From Tubulanus polymorphus (taxonomy: Eukaryota > Animalia > Nemertea), in NCBI RefSeq assembly GCF_964204645.1, contig NC_134030.1:14260110-14324109 (forward strand): a stretch of DNA of 64,000 nt. Reading direction: 5' to 3'. Shown here piece after piece: positions 51,905 to 64,000 of the stretch. Each line of letters starts with the position of its first letter. Positions within the stretch are counted from its first letter, which is position 1. The position numbers and the translations under genes are program-made. The notes beneath the pieces were generated by a model, which saw only the letters and a list, made by a program, of their open reading frames with translations, was not told the origin of the DNA and did not search any database.

Positions 51905-53041
51905 CCGACAGAATGAAATTCAGCCATCAGCATTAGAGCATAAATTCGTTCATAGAATAAGAGATCCACAATACGACTTGAGAGAAATGGTAAGAACAAA
52001 TACGTCAGGTAAGGAAACACCCACACGGGTACCGATAAAAACAACCTGCCGAAAAAGGTCTATTGAAACGAGAGAGTCTATTGAAACTAAAGAGGCACAG
52101 ACTCAGTATTGCTCAGAGGTAAGTATTGAACCACTTCCAATTAATGACTTACCCAGTAATCACAAAAATCACCCTCAGGAAGTTCAAACTGCTGTAGAAA
52201 ACTGTCAATCACTGATAAGTCATGAAACAGGCTCTAACTCATATGTACCGCCGATTTTTGCTTCAGTGGCCAATCGGGTCTCAGGATCGCATCAGGGAAA
52301 TTCGATTTCAGTTCTCGTAGATACAGGTGCAGAAATTACTGTCATCAATGAAGATTACCTAGATAAAACACCGACAATAACCGAAGGTCCAATTGAAAAA
52401 GGTCAATTTCAAGAGGCAAGATCTGTAGACGGAAAATTATTTAGTTTAAAGGGTATTGTTCCGGTCAATTTTTTTCTAGGGGATTGTGATGTTCACCATG
52501 CGATGTATGTAGTGCCTGGAATTGATAGCCATACGATCTTAGGTGCTGACTTTCTACAGACTCATCAGGCCGTAATTGATTTCGGGACGAAGTCGCTTCA
52601 ACTACCTACATCTTGTACTGTTTATTTTACAAATAAAACAAATCTAAATAAGCCAGCTTCTGTTCGAATACGGAGTGTATTCCTCCTTTCTCTGAAAAGA
52701 TTGTTGAAGCTTATTGTAATGATGCTTTAGTAGAAAATAATCAAAAGGAAGATGCATTATTTGAGCCTTCGTGTCAGTTCAAAAGCGAAGGACTGGTAGG
52801 TACAAGTGTAATGGTATCAGTGTCGTCAGTCGGCATTCCAGGTATTGTGGGGAATTTTTCTTCCAAGATGGTCGCAATTCATGAGAATACTTGTTTAGGT
52901 CACCTATGGATCAAACATTGGAAGCCTGAAGCACCGTCGTACCGGCAGAGAAAGGAGTACCATCAACTCAGACCACCTGAAGGTTTACATCGCTGGACGG
53001 GTCCCTGGACAGTAAAGAAGAAAATTGGACCAAACACATAT
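51868..53041 (+). pseudogene. pol: pol remnant: aspartic protease plus extreme C-terminal integrase GPY/F motif; RT, RNase H and IN core missing
   Basis: VLVDTGAEIT..ILGADFL; RWTGPWTVKKKIGPNTY at ~52990-53041; no YxDD or DDE motifs between. Confidence 0.88.
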
Positions 53042-55495
53042 ATGAAAATGTTGACGATATGTGTGGCATATTTGATATTGATGACAGAGGTTTTGGGGAA
53101 GCAACAGACAGTATTACGCCTGAGTTATGGGGTCGCATTTCATCGTATTGGAGGTATTCAAGATGGGAAATCATTTTGGACACATACATTTGCTATACCC
53201 TTCATTAATTTACCTCAAGTTCCGCCTATCACGGCATCGTGTGCTGACAAAGATTATGTTATTTGCAAACCTATTAAGGCAACGTATGAGAAAGTCATCA
53301 CTTCAACATATTTCAGATAGGTTAGGTGAAGTAAGACGGATGATTCCACTAACTATTAACTTACAGTCGGATAGAATTAGGCATAAGAGGGCAGCGCTAG
53401 GATTTTTAGGTAGTATTTTTTCTTCATTGTTCGGTTTAGCGACAGAATCAGAAGTTGCGGTTATTGGGGAACATATTAAAGCTATAGAAAAATAAGAACA
53501 TTTGTCATCAGTTTTTATGACGAAATTAGCATCTTATATTAATGCAACTGATTATAGGATTAAGAACGCATTTACAGCGTTACAAAGTAACCATGAACTC
53601 ATTCAACAATTGAAGTCGCAAGTTCGTTTTCTTAAAACGAAAAGTGCAACCACAAATGACATGATAATTGCGGTCATTTATCTGATGCAGCATGTTGCTT
53701 CATATATAGAAACTTTACAAGAAATACAAATAAGGATAACTGTTTGGGTGCAAGGGGCAGAATGCCTTACACAAGGTTATTTACCTCGTGCCTTAATACC
53801 GCCTACTATGATAGCTAAGACTATAACTTCGCAAAGACTATAACTTAACAAATTTCGCAAGATGTAGAACGAAAGTATTCGAATTTTAAGTTGGCACATC
53901 ACGACGTTGCTTTTTATTATCAGTTCAGAGATATAAGGTTTGCGAGGTCAGAACGATTCATATATATATAACTGTCAAGTTTCCTTTAGCGTCGTCAGAT
54001 AACTATTTTGATCTCTACCGATTGGTAGTTTTACATCACTAATGTTATGCCGTATTTTGGTGTAACTAGGAACAGTAATTTTTATACAGCATTTGATGAC
54101 ACCTTGTATGCTTCTTGTGTAGGTCAAGATGTAAAAACATGTCGATCTATGACGGTATTGCGTCCTAACGCACAAACTAGTTGTGAAAGTGCATTATTTT
54201 TTGACAAACCAATTTTAGTACATAAACACTGCCAGTTTAGATTTGAAACTGTGGGACTGTTTGAGGGTGCGGTAGATCTTGGAAATGATAGATTCCTTGC
54301 AAGTGGAAGTGATACACAATGGACGATGATTTGTCCACCAAATCAACCGCGAGCAGTGCCAGGATGTTTATTTTGTATAATTCGTCTCTCTTGTGGGTGT
54401 ATTCTAAAAAGCACAACGTTTTTGATACCAGCAAGAATTGGTTCATGTCATGTATCGGGAGAGATTACAATGTCGCATCCAGTAAACTTACCGGTGTTGC
54501 ATTCTTTATTTTCGAAAAAGGACCTTAGATCGGTTACAGGGGGGAGTCATTATAATAAAACACCGAATGTTCCTTTACCAAGCTTTGGATTGGCTGAGGC
54601 TAAATGGAAAGATGTTGCTATGGTCGATCAAAAATTTTCGATAGATTTTAAAAAATTGGCAGGGAGTCTTGTAAAGGATAAATTAATCTTTAAATCAAAA
54701 GCAGACGCTTTAAAGTCGTTGCCTTCAATTGAAGATAACACTTTAAAAGGACTTGTTATTAAGATTTTAGCAAGCTGTGCGATAGCTATTTCTACTTTGT
54801 CTATGATTATCTCTATATTTGTTTGCTACAAATCAGGGGGTTTAGGTTTAGTTATGGGTGCATATGTTCCGTCAGTTAGGGCATATAATTTGTACGAGTC
54901 GTTTGTTATTAATGAGTTAGCAAATCATATTAATTTTACTGAAATTGTTAATATTAAGAGTGAACACCCGATTAGTTTTCGGGTAGATGTGTTTTTATTT
55001 TTAGTCATCGTTGTTGGGGTTTTACTTATTCTATTTAGACCAATTTTGATAGCGTGCTTGCGTCGACTTCGTCACTGTCTACCTGCTTGTTGCTGCTGCT
55101 CTGTGCTCAACGAAGCCCCAGCCCGTTTGAAACTACGCTTAGAAAACGGGGCTGGAAAAGTTGATTTGGAATTAATGAAACTTTTGGCTTGTTCGAATCG
55201 ATGTGAAGTTAATGTTGCTCCGCCGACAGAAGTGCAATTGTCAAATTTCTGCGGGAGTTCTAAGTTAAATTTGCAGTGGCAAAATAAATCATTCAATTGT
55301 TCTAATGGTACTAATTACATTTTTCCTTTGGATGTTACGATACCATTGTCAACAAATTTGTCTAAATTGAAACAGATTCTGAATGGCAAAAATAAAATTT
55401 CCTTGGTTTTTGCATTTAGAAAATATGAAAAAGTTTTGGCAAAACCAAGTCATGCTGTTGTCGCTTCATTTAATATGATGGCATTAACGAAATAG
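53042..55495 (+). pseudogene. env: Envelope / class I fusion glycoprotein (baculovirus F / errantivirus Env-like), disrupted
   Basis: Signal peptide MLTICVAYLILMTEVLG, furin site RHKR, fusion peptide AALGFLGSIFSSLFGLA, heptad region, Cys-rich ectodomain, TM; fragments 52811-53320, 53127-53495, 53502-53843, 54047-55495. Confidence 0.88.
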
Positions 55496-56100
55496 TTACG
55501 TCAAATCAATTACAAACTTCGACGGAATATGAAATCCCGTTAATAAATCAACTGGCCCCTAGGTTACAAATTTTACCCCGAAAATCTTTGTATCCAAGTT
55601 TGACGTAAATAATCGTTAAAGGTGAAGGATATTAAATGGTTAAATTTCGGAAAAATAAAGAAACAATTAACGGTTGTATACTAGAGGAAATGGTACTAAT
55701 TGAGTTGTAGAATAAGGTATCGGGTGTCAAAATAATGTGGTTATGGTGTTAATTGCAATTATTGGTGATGAGTAGCCTAATTGAGGATAAGGTATATAAA
55801 CAATTTCTCGGTTATAATGCAAATATAAATAAATTAATGATGATTTAAACGGTTTGGCAAGTATGAAATCTATGAGGTGTACGTTTAATCTCTATTCGTT
55901 GAATCATGCAATAAAACCGATAAAAAGTGATATGTACACATCGATAAGTGGCAGAATAATGAATTGTCATTTTGTTTTTAGCTTAATACAAATACGTATA
56001 TGATATATGTCATCATACACGATTGTATGAAATTGATATAAAACAAGGGAATATATAAAATAGATAATTTATCGTTTTGTAGTTAATTAATGTTAAGGTT

Positions 56101-56262
56101 GTTAATCCCTTAAGGAAAGAGAATGAGCTTTTGGTAATCCCTTAAAAAATAAAAATAAAATTATATATAATTTTTTGTTTATCCCTTCAGGAAAAATAAT
56201 ATTTTGTTAATCCCTTAAGGAAAAAAACGGAAAAATAATTTTGTTAATCCCTTAAGGAAAAG
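56101..56262. repeat. Five spaced GTTAATCCCTTAAGGAAA-like motifs in the 3' non-coding region
   Basis: Copies at ~56101, 56134, 56177, 56206, 56243. Confidence 0.8.
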
Positions 56263-57156
56263 AAAGGAAAATAATAATGTAATGAAAAAAAAAGGATTGT
56301 AAGGTACAATTTTGGAAATATGATTGTGATTCCGTAGGTTATAGCAAGTTGCTCGCTTAGATAAAATAAGCATATAATTATTTGATATTACACGTAAGAC
56401 ACAGATAATAGTGTGACATATAATTTGTTGTATACATGTTTTAAGTTTTATTTTCCACATGATACTTCGCTATGTTTGTACCAGATCAAGACGATAAGCA
56501 TATAGTGAAAAAGTTCTAAAGAAACTATCGGTAGAAATGAAGTCAAAGAATTGATGGCTGGGACAACTTCAACAATAAACGATGACTGAATCATAACCTT
56601 AATGATTGAATTGTGGAATCATTACGGGAAGTTGTATAATGATACACTAGTGATGTATATGTATTTGAAATTGGAAAAATACTACATGTTTAGTTGAGTT
56701 GTTTCTAAGGAACATATATTGTTTATCATAATTGACTAAAATTGAGTTATATATGTCAATTTGCTATAAATTTAAGTAATACATGGAAATTCGTCAACAT
56801 AATACCTAATAATATATTGTGGTATACGTGCCGTTGATAGGCATAGATGGTTTAATTATTATACATTAACGAGAAAATAGCAAAAGTATAGAATAACCTT
56901 ATTCAAACGGATCATAATCATCTTCCACTTAGAATATTGTTGGAATATTGTTGTAATATTTATACGAAATGTTTCAATTTTTTGTTGCATTATTATTGTG
57001 TTAGTTCAGTTATGTCATATTTGATTTTTAGTTTATAAATGCGATTCGTCGCTAGGAAAGTTGTATGGTTGCGTTGCCTGTGCTCTGGGTTTAATATATA
57101 CATATGTATATATATATATTTATATATTTTTCTTTTTGTGTGGGACACTTTGAATT

Positions 57157-57168
57157 GAGTGGGGGTAA
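57157..57168 (+). promoter_or_regulatory. Polypurine tract
   Basis: GAGTGGGGGTAA immediately before the 3' LTR. Confidence 0.8.
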
Positions 57169-57626
57169 TGTTGTGACATAGGCATTTTAATCAATTTAAC
57201 TACGTATCACTTTCTGCTATTACGCTATCGCAAGCTCGTGGGACAATTCCTGCTGTTTAGTAATTATAGAATAATTAAAAGTTTTCTGTTCAAACCCGGA
57301 ATTAGATAAGATAAATTTCTAGAATAAATGCACGGTACTCTCGGGGAAAACGGAGAGGGAGAGCAACATTGGCGGCATCGACCGGAGCAGAGGCAGCGCA
57401 ACAAGCGGGGTAAGGGTGATATGATATTGTCAGTTGTCATTTGTTTAAGTTTCATGCAATAGAACCCTTGCATCATTTTATCAACCTGAGTTTAGTTGTT
57501 GGTTATGTTTGGTCTCTGGTTTCTATATCGCCGTGCAGGTCACAAGGGGAAGTGCATACGTCACGAACAAGAACAGCGGCGCTCTCCCACAGCAATTTCG
57601 GGCTTCCCCCTCCAGGTCGCACGACA
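57169..57626 (+). repeat. 3' LTR
   Basis: Direct repeat of 49652-50110. Confidence 0.97.
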
Positions 57627-58973
57627 GAATGATGCCTGTGATGTAGAAAGTAATGAAAATCCTAGTGATGGGAAAAAGTTCAGTTCGGGAAAAAGATTTG
57701 TCATGTGATAATAATGGTACTTACGAGAAGTTTTCCTCTCCAACAGAACTTGTCGAGGTTGAAATCGAGAATAATAAGGTAAAGGAGTTGAACACAATCA
57801 AAAGAGGGAAAATGCTGTCATCCGAATTGGCTTGTATTGGAAATGGACGGTTTAGATACGAATTGAAGAGACAATACTCTGTGAGAATTCTACAAGTGAG
57901 CGAATTATATTCCAGTTATACAGCTCTGATGGCATTCATATATATGCTGTCATCCAGTACTTTTGGCTTGGAGTTTGTAAGAAACTGCATGGTAATTCAA
58001 AGAGGAAAGAGCCCTACGAGCGCACTAAACCTACCACTATTCAAAGGAACCTGCAATCGTAAGATCGGGTAAACTGAAGTCTGCTGATTATGCAAATTTA
58101 ATTTCTAGTTTACATTGTGGAGAATGTATGAGGGACGTTTCCTTTGCTAAACGGAATCAGAATACGATAAGACTAAATACGATTGGCCCAGATGTCCTAT
58201 GAAATATTGCACAATTTTGTACCACCACATCGCATGTCAAATCTCAACTTCAAAATTGACATGACGTACCAGGCCATTTCTACACAACCTTGTGGTTGTG
58301 CACCACAATTAGCTAGGTTCCCTTGGTACTCAATTGAAGATTTTCAGAAAATGGGAGACATTGATTGATGGAACTGATGGTGAACTTGCCTTAGAAAAAG
58401 GTATGGAGAGTTTCTTTCCCACAGACAAAAGCATAACTCTTAGAAGTTTTATACATCTAGAGAATGATTTCAAAATCCAGCTTAAGAGGCTGGGTTTTGC
58501 TGGAGACCGAGTCAAAGACATTGTGAAATCAATATTAGGTTTTTAGGTGAAGAATACATGGGAAAAGAGTTGCACGTTAAGTTGACTACACAACAAAAGA
58601 GTTCCCTGAGATATACAACCAGGTAGCAGCAACGTGCCCTAAAGCCTTCCGCGAATACATAGACGATAGTAATTGCAAATTGCGACTACGTTCGATTAAA
58701 GATACTCTTCATCTACATATGGGAAAAGACATTCGAATTGAAGCTGGTCTCGGGGACCTACTTCAAAAAATACAAATCAGAGAGCAGAGTGTAAACAATG
58801 TCCTCAAGCAACTACTTAATCGGAGACAAGTGGAGCTTAGTGCTTTGTATGACATTGATATATGGGACTATCTCAGATATGTGATACGTGTTGTCCTTGA
58901 AATGGTTGTCCGTAAAATGATTGTCCGTAAAAATAATGAAATGACCACTCGCGAATTTAGATATATGTGTTGA
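57627..58973 (+). pseudogene. Decayed Mutator-like (MULE) transposase; acidic 5' part continues at 49539-49651
   Basis: FKIDMTY, GTDGELALEKGMESFFP..LRSFIHLEND matching the MULE D..TDGE..CxxH pattern; fragmented. Confidence 0.6.
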
Positions 58974-60087
58974 ACGTTTATTATAACCGACTGGTCCGGA
59001 TGAGTGTAGAGGTACGAATGGCGATGATCGAGGGAGGGATCCTACTATATTCTAAAATGATGGGAGTAGAATCTCACCGTCGGGATCGGATTTCCTTACC
59101 CGATATGGTAAACTGACCGACGGTTCAACTCTCTACATGAAATAGGCATGAGGAGATGAAATGCAGATGAATCATGGGATGAAATGTTGTAACAAATAAT
59201 ATATATAGTACATGGGCTATATATCAGTTTCCCCACCTTCCGAGGATTCGACCCCGAATCGTAAAAAAAATTAAACCTTTACATTAATAAATAGATACAT
59301 GTAATAGTTTCTTTTTTTGATAGAAAAGTAAATAAAAGATAGTCGGCAATAAATAAACCGTAAATAGTAATTCTCAATCCCCTGGATCACCATTCAAGAA
59401 CAAAAACTAGTTCTCTTATCCAAATATCAGCAACCGATGTTTTCATGACGCAGTCAGTTCATAATTAAAACGAATGTCTCACTGTTCATTTCATTGACGC
59501 TGTACGCAGTACACAGTTCTTTTCGGAATCACACACGAGGTTTAAAAGGAAGAGCGAGCTTAGTGGTTACGTGTTGATAGTTAGTGTCCGGTAAAGTGAG
59601 TGGATCGGCTGGGTAACACTCACAGTTTGCTGCAGCTGGTACCGAAGTAAATGATTATTTAGGTACGCACGGCACCGCATTCGCGACTGCGACCATAATG
59701 CACTGTTTATATTTATAATAAATGAAGCTGTCGATTAATTATAGGCGCTTGCTTCCGATAATCTGACGTAAGTACACCTGGTCAGATAGTCCAGGTGTTC
59801 GCTATTTGTTGTCTGCAGTAAGCCACGCTTCTGTAGAAAATTATCGGCAAATCGGCAGGAATATGAGTCGGAAGTATATATTGGTACCTTGATACTAGAA
59901 CCGTACCACTAATTTTAGTCTGAATCCGAGCGAGCGTCGAAAATGAATGCGGATGAGAAACGCAAGTTTCGCATCTTTTTAATTGGACATCTGCTCACTG
60001 GCAAGTTTGATCACGAGTTGTCCGTCGAACGCATAACGTTTTTTTTTTTTTGTTTCGCAGTTTTCGCGATAGTGACCCAGAGAATTA

Positions 60088-63000
60088 CGGTTCCTGAACT
60101 TCGCTGAAAAAGCTGAATCACTGAAACGCTGAAACGCTGAAATAAAAACGCTGAAATTTCAGGGAATTTCCGAAAAACGCCGAAATTTCAGGGAATTCCC
60201 GAAAAACGCTGAAATCGTGCTAGGTACCAACAATACACGTTTTGAAATATTTTCCGGGCCGGTGTCCGCTGCCGAGTCCTGAACCGTGTTTTAGTCTCTA
60301 CCTTCGGTTACAGAGACACGCATGGACAGTATGTGTGGAGTATACTTTTAGAGGGCCACTTGTTGGACAAATTAATTCGCTTGAAATCCAGATTTTTAAT
60401 GCATCTGTCGTAACTCGGTCCCGTTTGCACCGGAGTTAACTTCTGATCGAATGCAGGGAGAACCGACCTACGAGTTCCTCTCAGCCTTTCACCTCACCCA
60501 CGTTCCTATTCAGCAGGATGCAGCTGTGCCGTTCCTCCTTGTCCCGAACTGTAGAAGCCGGTGGGAAGAATCCTCGAACGACCCCGAACCTGCAGAGTAA
60601 ACAACACGTAAACTTTGTCAAATGCCACAGTTTATTCAAGAACGTACTTCACTTCATAGTAATACGAAGACGACTCACTCTACCCTTACAATTATTTACA
60701 ATCACTCTAACAAATATATCTCACATTACATCAAAACTGCATCATTTAATCTTTAATATTTTACTCACCCAAGATTCGTTAATTTATCAAGCAAAAGAAC
60801 TGCGTTACTAAATACTTAAGGACACAGACCACATACACATATAAACCACAAATAATCAACAGCGCCCCCTTGATAACGCTCAGCGCGGGAAAATCTACCA
60901 TGAATAATTTCCCCTAAACACACAATCAATTCACCCCAAACACCCTGACGATCAACAACTCGAAGCTTGAGCACATCGTAGTATACTTTAAAATAGAGAG
61001 AAGATCAAACTAATTTACCTGCAGAGTAAACAACACGTAAACTTTGTCAAATGCCACAGTTTATTCAAGAACGTACTTCACTTCATAGTAATACGAAGAC
61101 GACTGACGCTGCGGGTCTCCAAGGACGCCAACTCAATTTGGCGGCGCCACTTGCCAGACCAGTAAAATGACCGCGGCACGGAATTCGGAGTTACATATCG
61201 ACTCCGGCAAAATCGACACTACGACACATACAGGCAGCATAATGAGGAAAACCCATTCACAAACCGTGCAAGCCAACTTAAACACTATGCTCAATATTCC
61301 CTGCAAGACGCAAAATATCTTATTTGAACGTTCATGTATAAAACATGGAGCAACTTTTCTTTTGTCAACACGTTGATGGGCGACGGACTATGTCACTATG
61401 GTATTCTCTGAAGGAGGTAAATTAAATTTGACAGCCAGTTATATAAATGATGCAGCTTTTGGACAAAAGGGATCTAACTAAATTTCTTTTTAATTCACTG
61501 TGGAATGGAATGGAATGGATTGACGCCAATGGCATGCAGTAGGCCCCTACGTATGGGTCATACTGATTAGCGTCAACCAATTAATCTAAATCGGGCTAAC
61601 CATTCAACAACTGTGAATAATTTATTTGCTGTGGCGTGATAATAATTAGTTTTTTTGAAGAAATGACATACCAACTGTTAGAAAAATGTACCGATTCTTA
61701 TTTTTAGACTACTACTGAATCTATAAAAGGAGGAGTCATAGACAAAGTTGATTTGCTTAGCTGGTGACACTTCTTGTCAAGTACATCATCTCAAGTACTG
61801 GGTGTTTTGTAAGTTTAATTTCAGTATTTATTTACTAAGTGCTGTTCTCTCGGACCTCAGTGCTTTCAAACTAGGCCCACCCCATAGGCTATATAGTCCA
61901 GGGTGTATTAGCCACTATTCTTTTATATCCGACTAAAATGCACCTTTTTCTATTTTTAGATTCAGGCTTAGAATGTGCAAATTTTTTGAGATACTGAGAA
62001 ATCAGATGGCACCAGTAAACTTCAACTGCGAAATTTGCAGCAGGATAGCTGAACGACACAATTTTTAAAAATAAAATGGCTATTCGAATGCTATTTCAAT
62101 TATAACTTGATTCAACCAGAGAGAAATAAGTCAATTGCGGATGTACAGTACACCCACTTTTCTTCCCTGTTTCCTGGTACCAAATTTTTAGTCTTAAGCT
62201 AAGCGATATTCTAAGGTATACTAGTGGATTTCATTAGAATATGAAGCAATGGAACCAGAATTCTAGTTAAGCGAACTATTGATTCTGATATAATGTAAGA
62301 ACTGATTTCCTTTGTATACTCTTGCAGAATGTGTTATGTATTATTTCAAGCTGTTAAATAATATAGTTTGACAAATGTCCAATTATTGGATCTTTCTTGT
62401 TGACTCGTTTAATTTTGTGAGTTAAGAGTTCCAGTCAATCCACAATGTGCAGTGCCTAGCCTTCATCTACACTAAAGCCATGCCTGTGTATGGGAAAAAA
62501 ATATCGTTCGACTCCTATAGGCCAGACACATCAAAGCATGCAATACATTGCAGATAGTAGTCTCCGGCAAGTCGAAAGAGAAAGTAAACCAGGTTTTACC
62601 CCGTACCCTACCCGGGAACAAAGACACTTAAAGATTCCTTCCTCCTTGTAGAAATTGTAGAAATATGGCACCCAATTGTAGCAATGCTAAGTACAGTATA
62701 CTATGACGGTTGAACCTTTATTAACGAATTTCAATGACACCGAAAATAGAATCAAAATAATCATTAGTTCCATGCTAGCACTTAATTTGGGTTATCAGGT
62801 TCAGCCTGATAACCCAACTGTACTTTCAACTGTACTTTCATTCAGCTACTACTTGTATGAGACTTGGCAATGATAAGTTGCAAGAAATCACCAAACATAA
62901 GAAAAAATATTGTGAATTAATATTACTGTGATTAAGAATTTATTCAAATGAAGTGATAACTTCATTGTTAGATCGTACCGGTATATGCACATAAAACTAT

Positions 63001-63303
63001 GGCAAAAAACACATCTAACAATCCACGCAATCCGCAATCGATCAAGTCGATCATGACGACGACCTTCGGGCATGTCTCTGTAACCGAAGGTAGAGCATAA
63101 AACACGGTTCAGGACTCGTCAGCGGACACCGGCCCGGAAAACATTTCAAAACGTGTATTGTCGGTACCTAGCACGATTTCAGCGTTTTTCGGGAATTCCC
63201 TGAAATTTCGGCGTTTTTCGGAAATTCCCTGAAATTTCAGCGTTTTTATTTCAGCGTTTCAGCTTTTCAGTGTTTCAGCTTTTTCAGCGAAGTTCAGGAA
63301 CCG
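60088..63303. mobile_element. Non-autonomous MULE-type DNA transposon
   Basis: ~230-bp TIRs (60088-~60320, ~63072-63303) with internal GCTGAAA repeats; perfect 9-bp TSD AGAGAATTA (60079-60087, 63304-63312). Confidence 0.92.
60588..61104. repeat. 88-bp direct repeat pair inside the MULE
   Basis: 60588-60675 equals 61017-61104. Confidence 0.9.
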
Positions 63304-64000
63304 AGAGAATTAAAAACATTTTGAGCACAAAATATATCTGAAATATAGTAATACATCGATTTTTTTTTTTATGCATTCCTCTAATTACCAATTAATTTTC
63401 CTTCCCAATTATTACCCAAATTATGGTTTAACATCCTGGAGTTAATGATATATAAAAAAACGGGCAACTGATATAAGGAAAAAACGCATTTGCAGGTTAT
63501 GCCTGGTACAATTCCTTACAAGAGAATATCGCAGAGTTACTTAATCAAAAATTCATTATTTAGATATTTCCACCCTAACCGTATCAGTTAGCTTTGGTTC
63601 ACTATCTTCGTTTTATGTTTATCGACTGATTTATATAAGTAATATTCGAATGATCAAAATTAGTAGGGCTACAACTAACAAATCCATGCTGGTGAAACTC
63701 ATGAAACTGTGGGGAATCGAACCCCCTACTGTAAGACATGTTGGTCCCAGCAGTCGCCGCTTCCAGGATCACGCTCAAGCACAGTCCGCAAGTCGTAAAC
63801 TCTGTTTTGAAAATCCAACATGATAGGTATATGTAATAGGTGAAAAACTAGCATATCGATCAGTATCACTCAACGAAAATTTTCCTAGTACGGCCAGGTG
63901 ATGTTGTTACTCAGGCCTGCAACAGCATGTGCGAAATGCGTGTAAACATATGTACAATTACTAATCTAAATTAAACATGCGTCAGTACAGGTAATGCAAT

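Larger units (their letters stand above)
49652..57626 (+). mobile_element. Ty3/gypsy LTR retroelement with env, internally deleted pol
   Basis: Two ~458-bp LTRs TG..CA, 4-bp TSD GAAT (49648-49651, 57627-57630), PBS, PPT, gag, protease, env. Confidence 0.96.

Noticed and set aside
60242-63073. Short ORFs inside the MULE
   Set aside because: No transposase or other recognisable motifs

Overview
AT-rich eukaryotic DNA, most likely an invertebrate animal, made almost entirely of nested mobile elements; no host gene can be supported. From left to right: a small MITE; a decayed CR1/L2-group LINE; a Penelope-type hammerhead remnant; and a long pure (GTTGCT)85(GCT)90 microsatellite. Next comes a decayed Polinton/Maverick (adintovirus-like endogenous virus, ~8.5-28.8 kb plus a distal piece at ~47.2-49.5 kb) with pPolB, minor and major capsid proteins, RVE integrase-chromodomain and packaging ATPase. 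An 18-kb head-to-tail array of Helentron-type non-autonomous elements (HINEs) splits it and carries a 31-bp palindromic minisatellite plus a nested second HINE. Then follow an env-bearing Ty3/gypsy LTR element lacking RT/RNase H/most of IN, inserted in a MULE transposase remnant, and a 3.2-kb non-autonomous MULE. The standout is a full-length intein with a LAGLIDADG homing endonuclease (15372-16438) inserted exactly in catalytic motif C (YFD|TD) of the Polinton DNA polymerase. The same element has a poxvirus-late-promoter-like ATAAATG at almost every start codon, long gene-bearing inverted repeats and two giant-virus-type HNH nucleases. Together these suggest a Polinton lineage that exchanges genes with, or parasitises, a cytoplasmic large DNA virus (inference). 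All protein calls are from manual motif reading; no database search was run.
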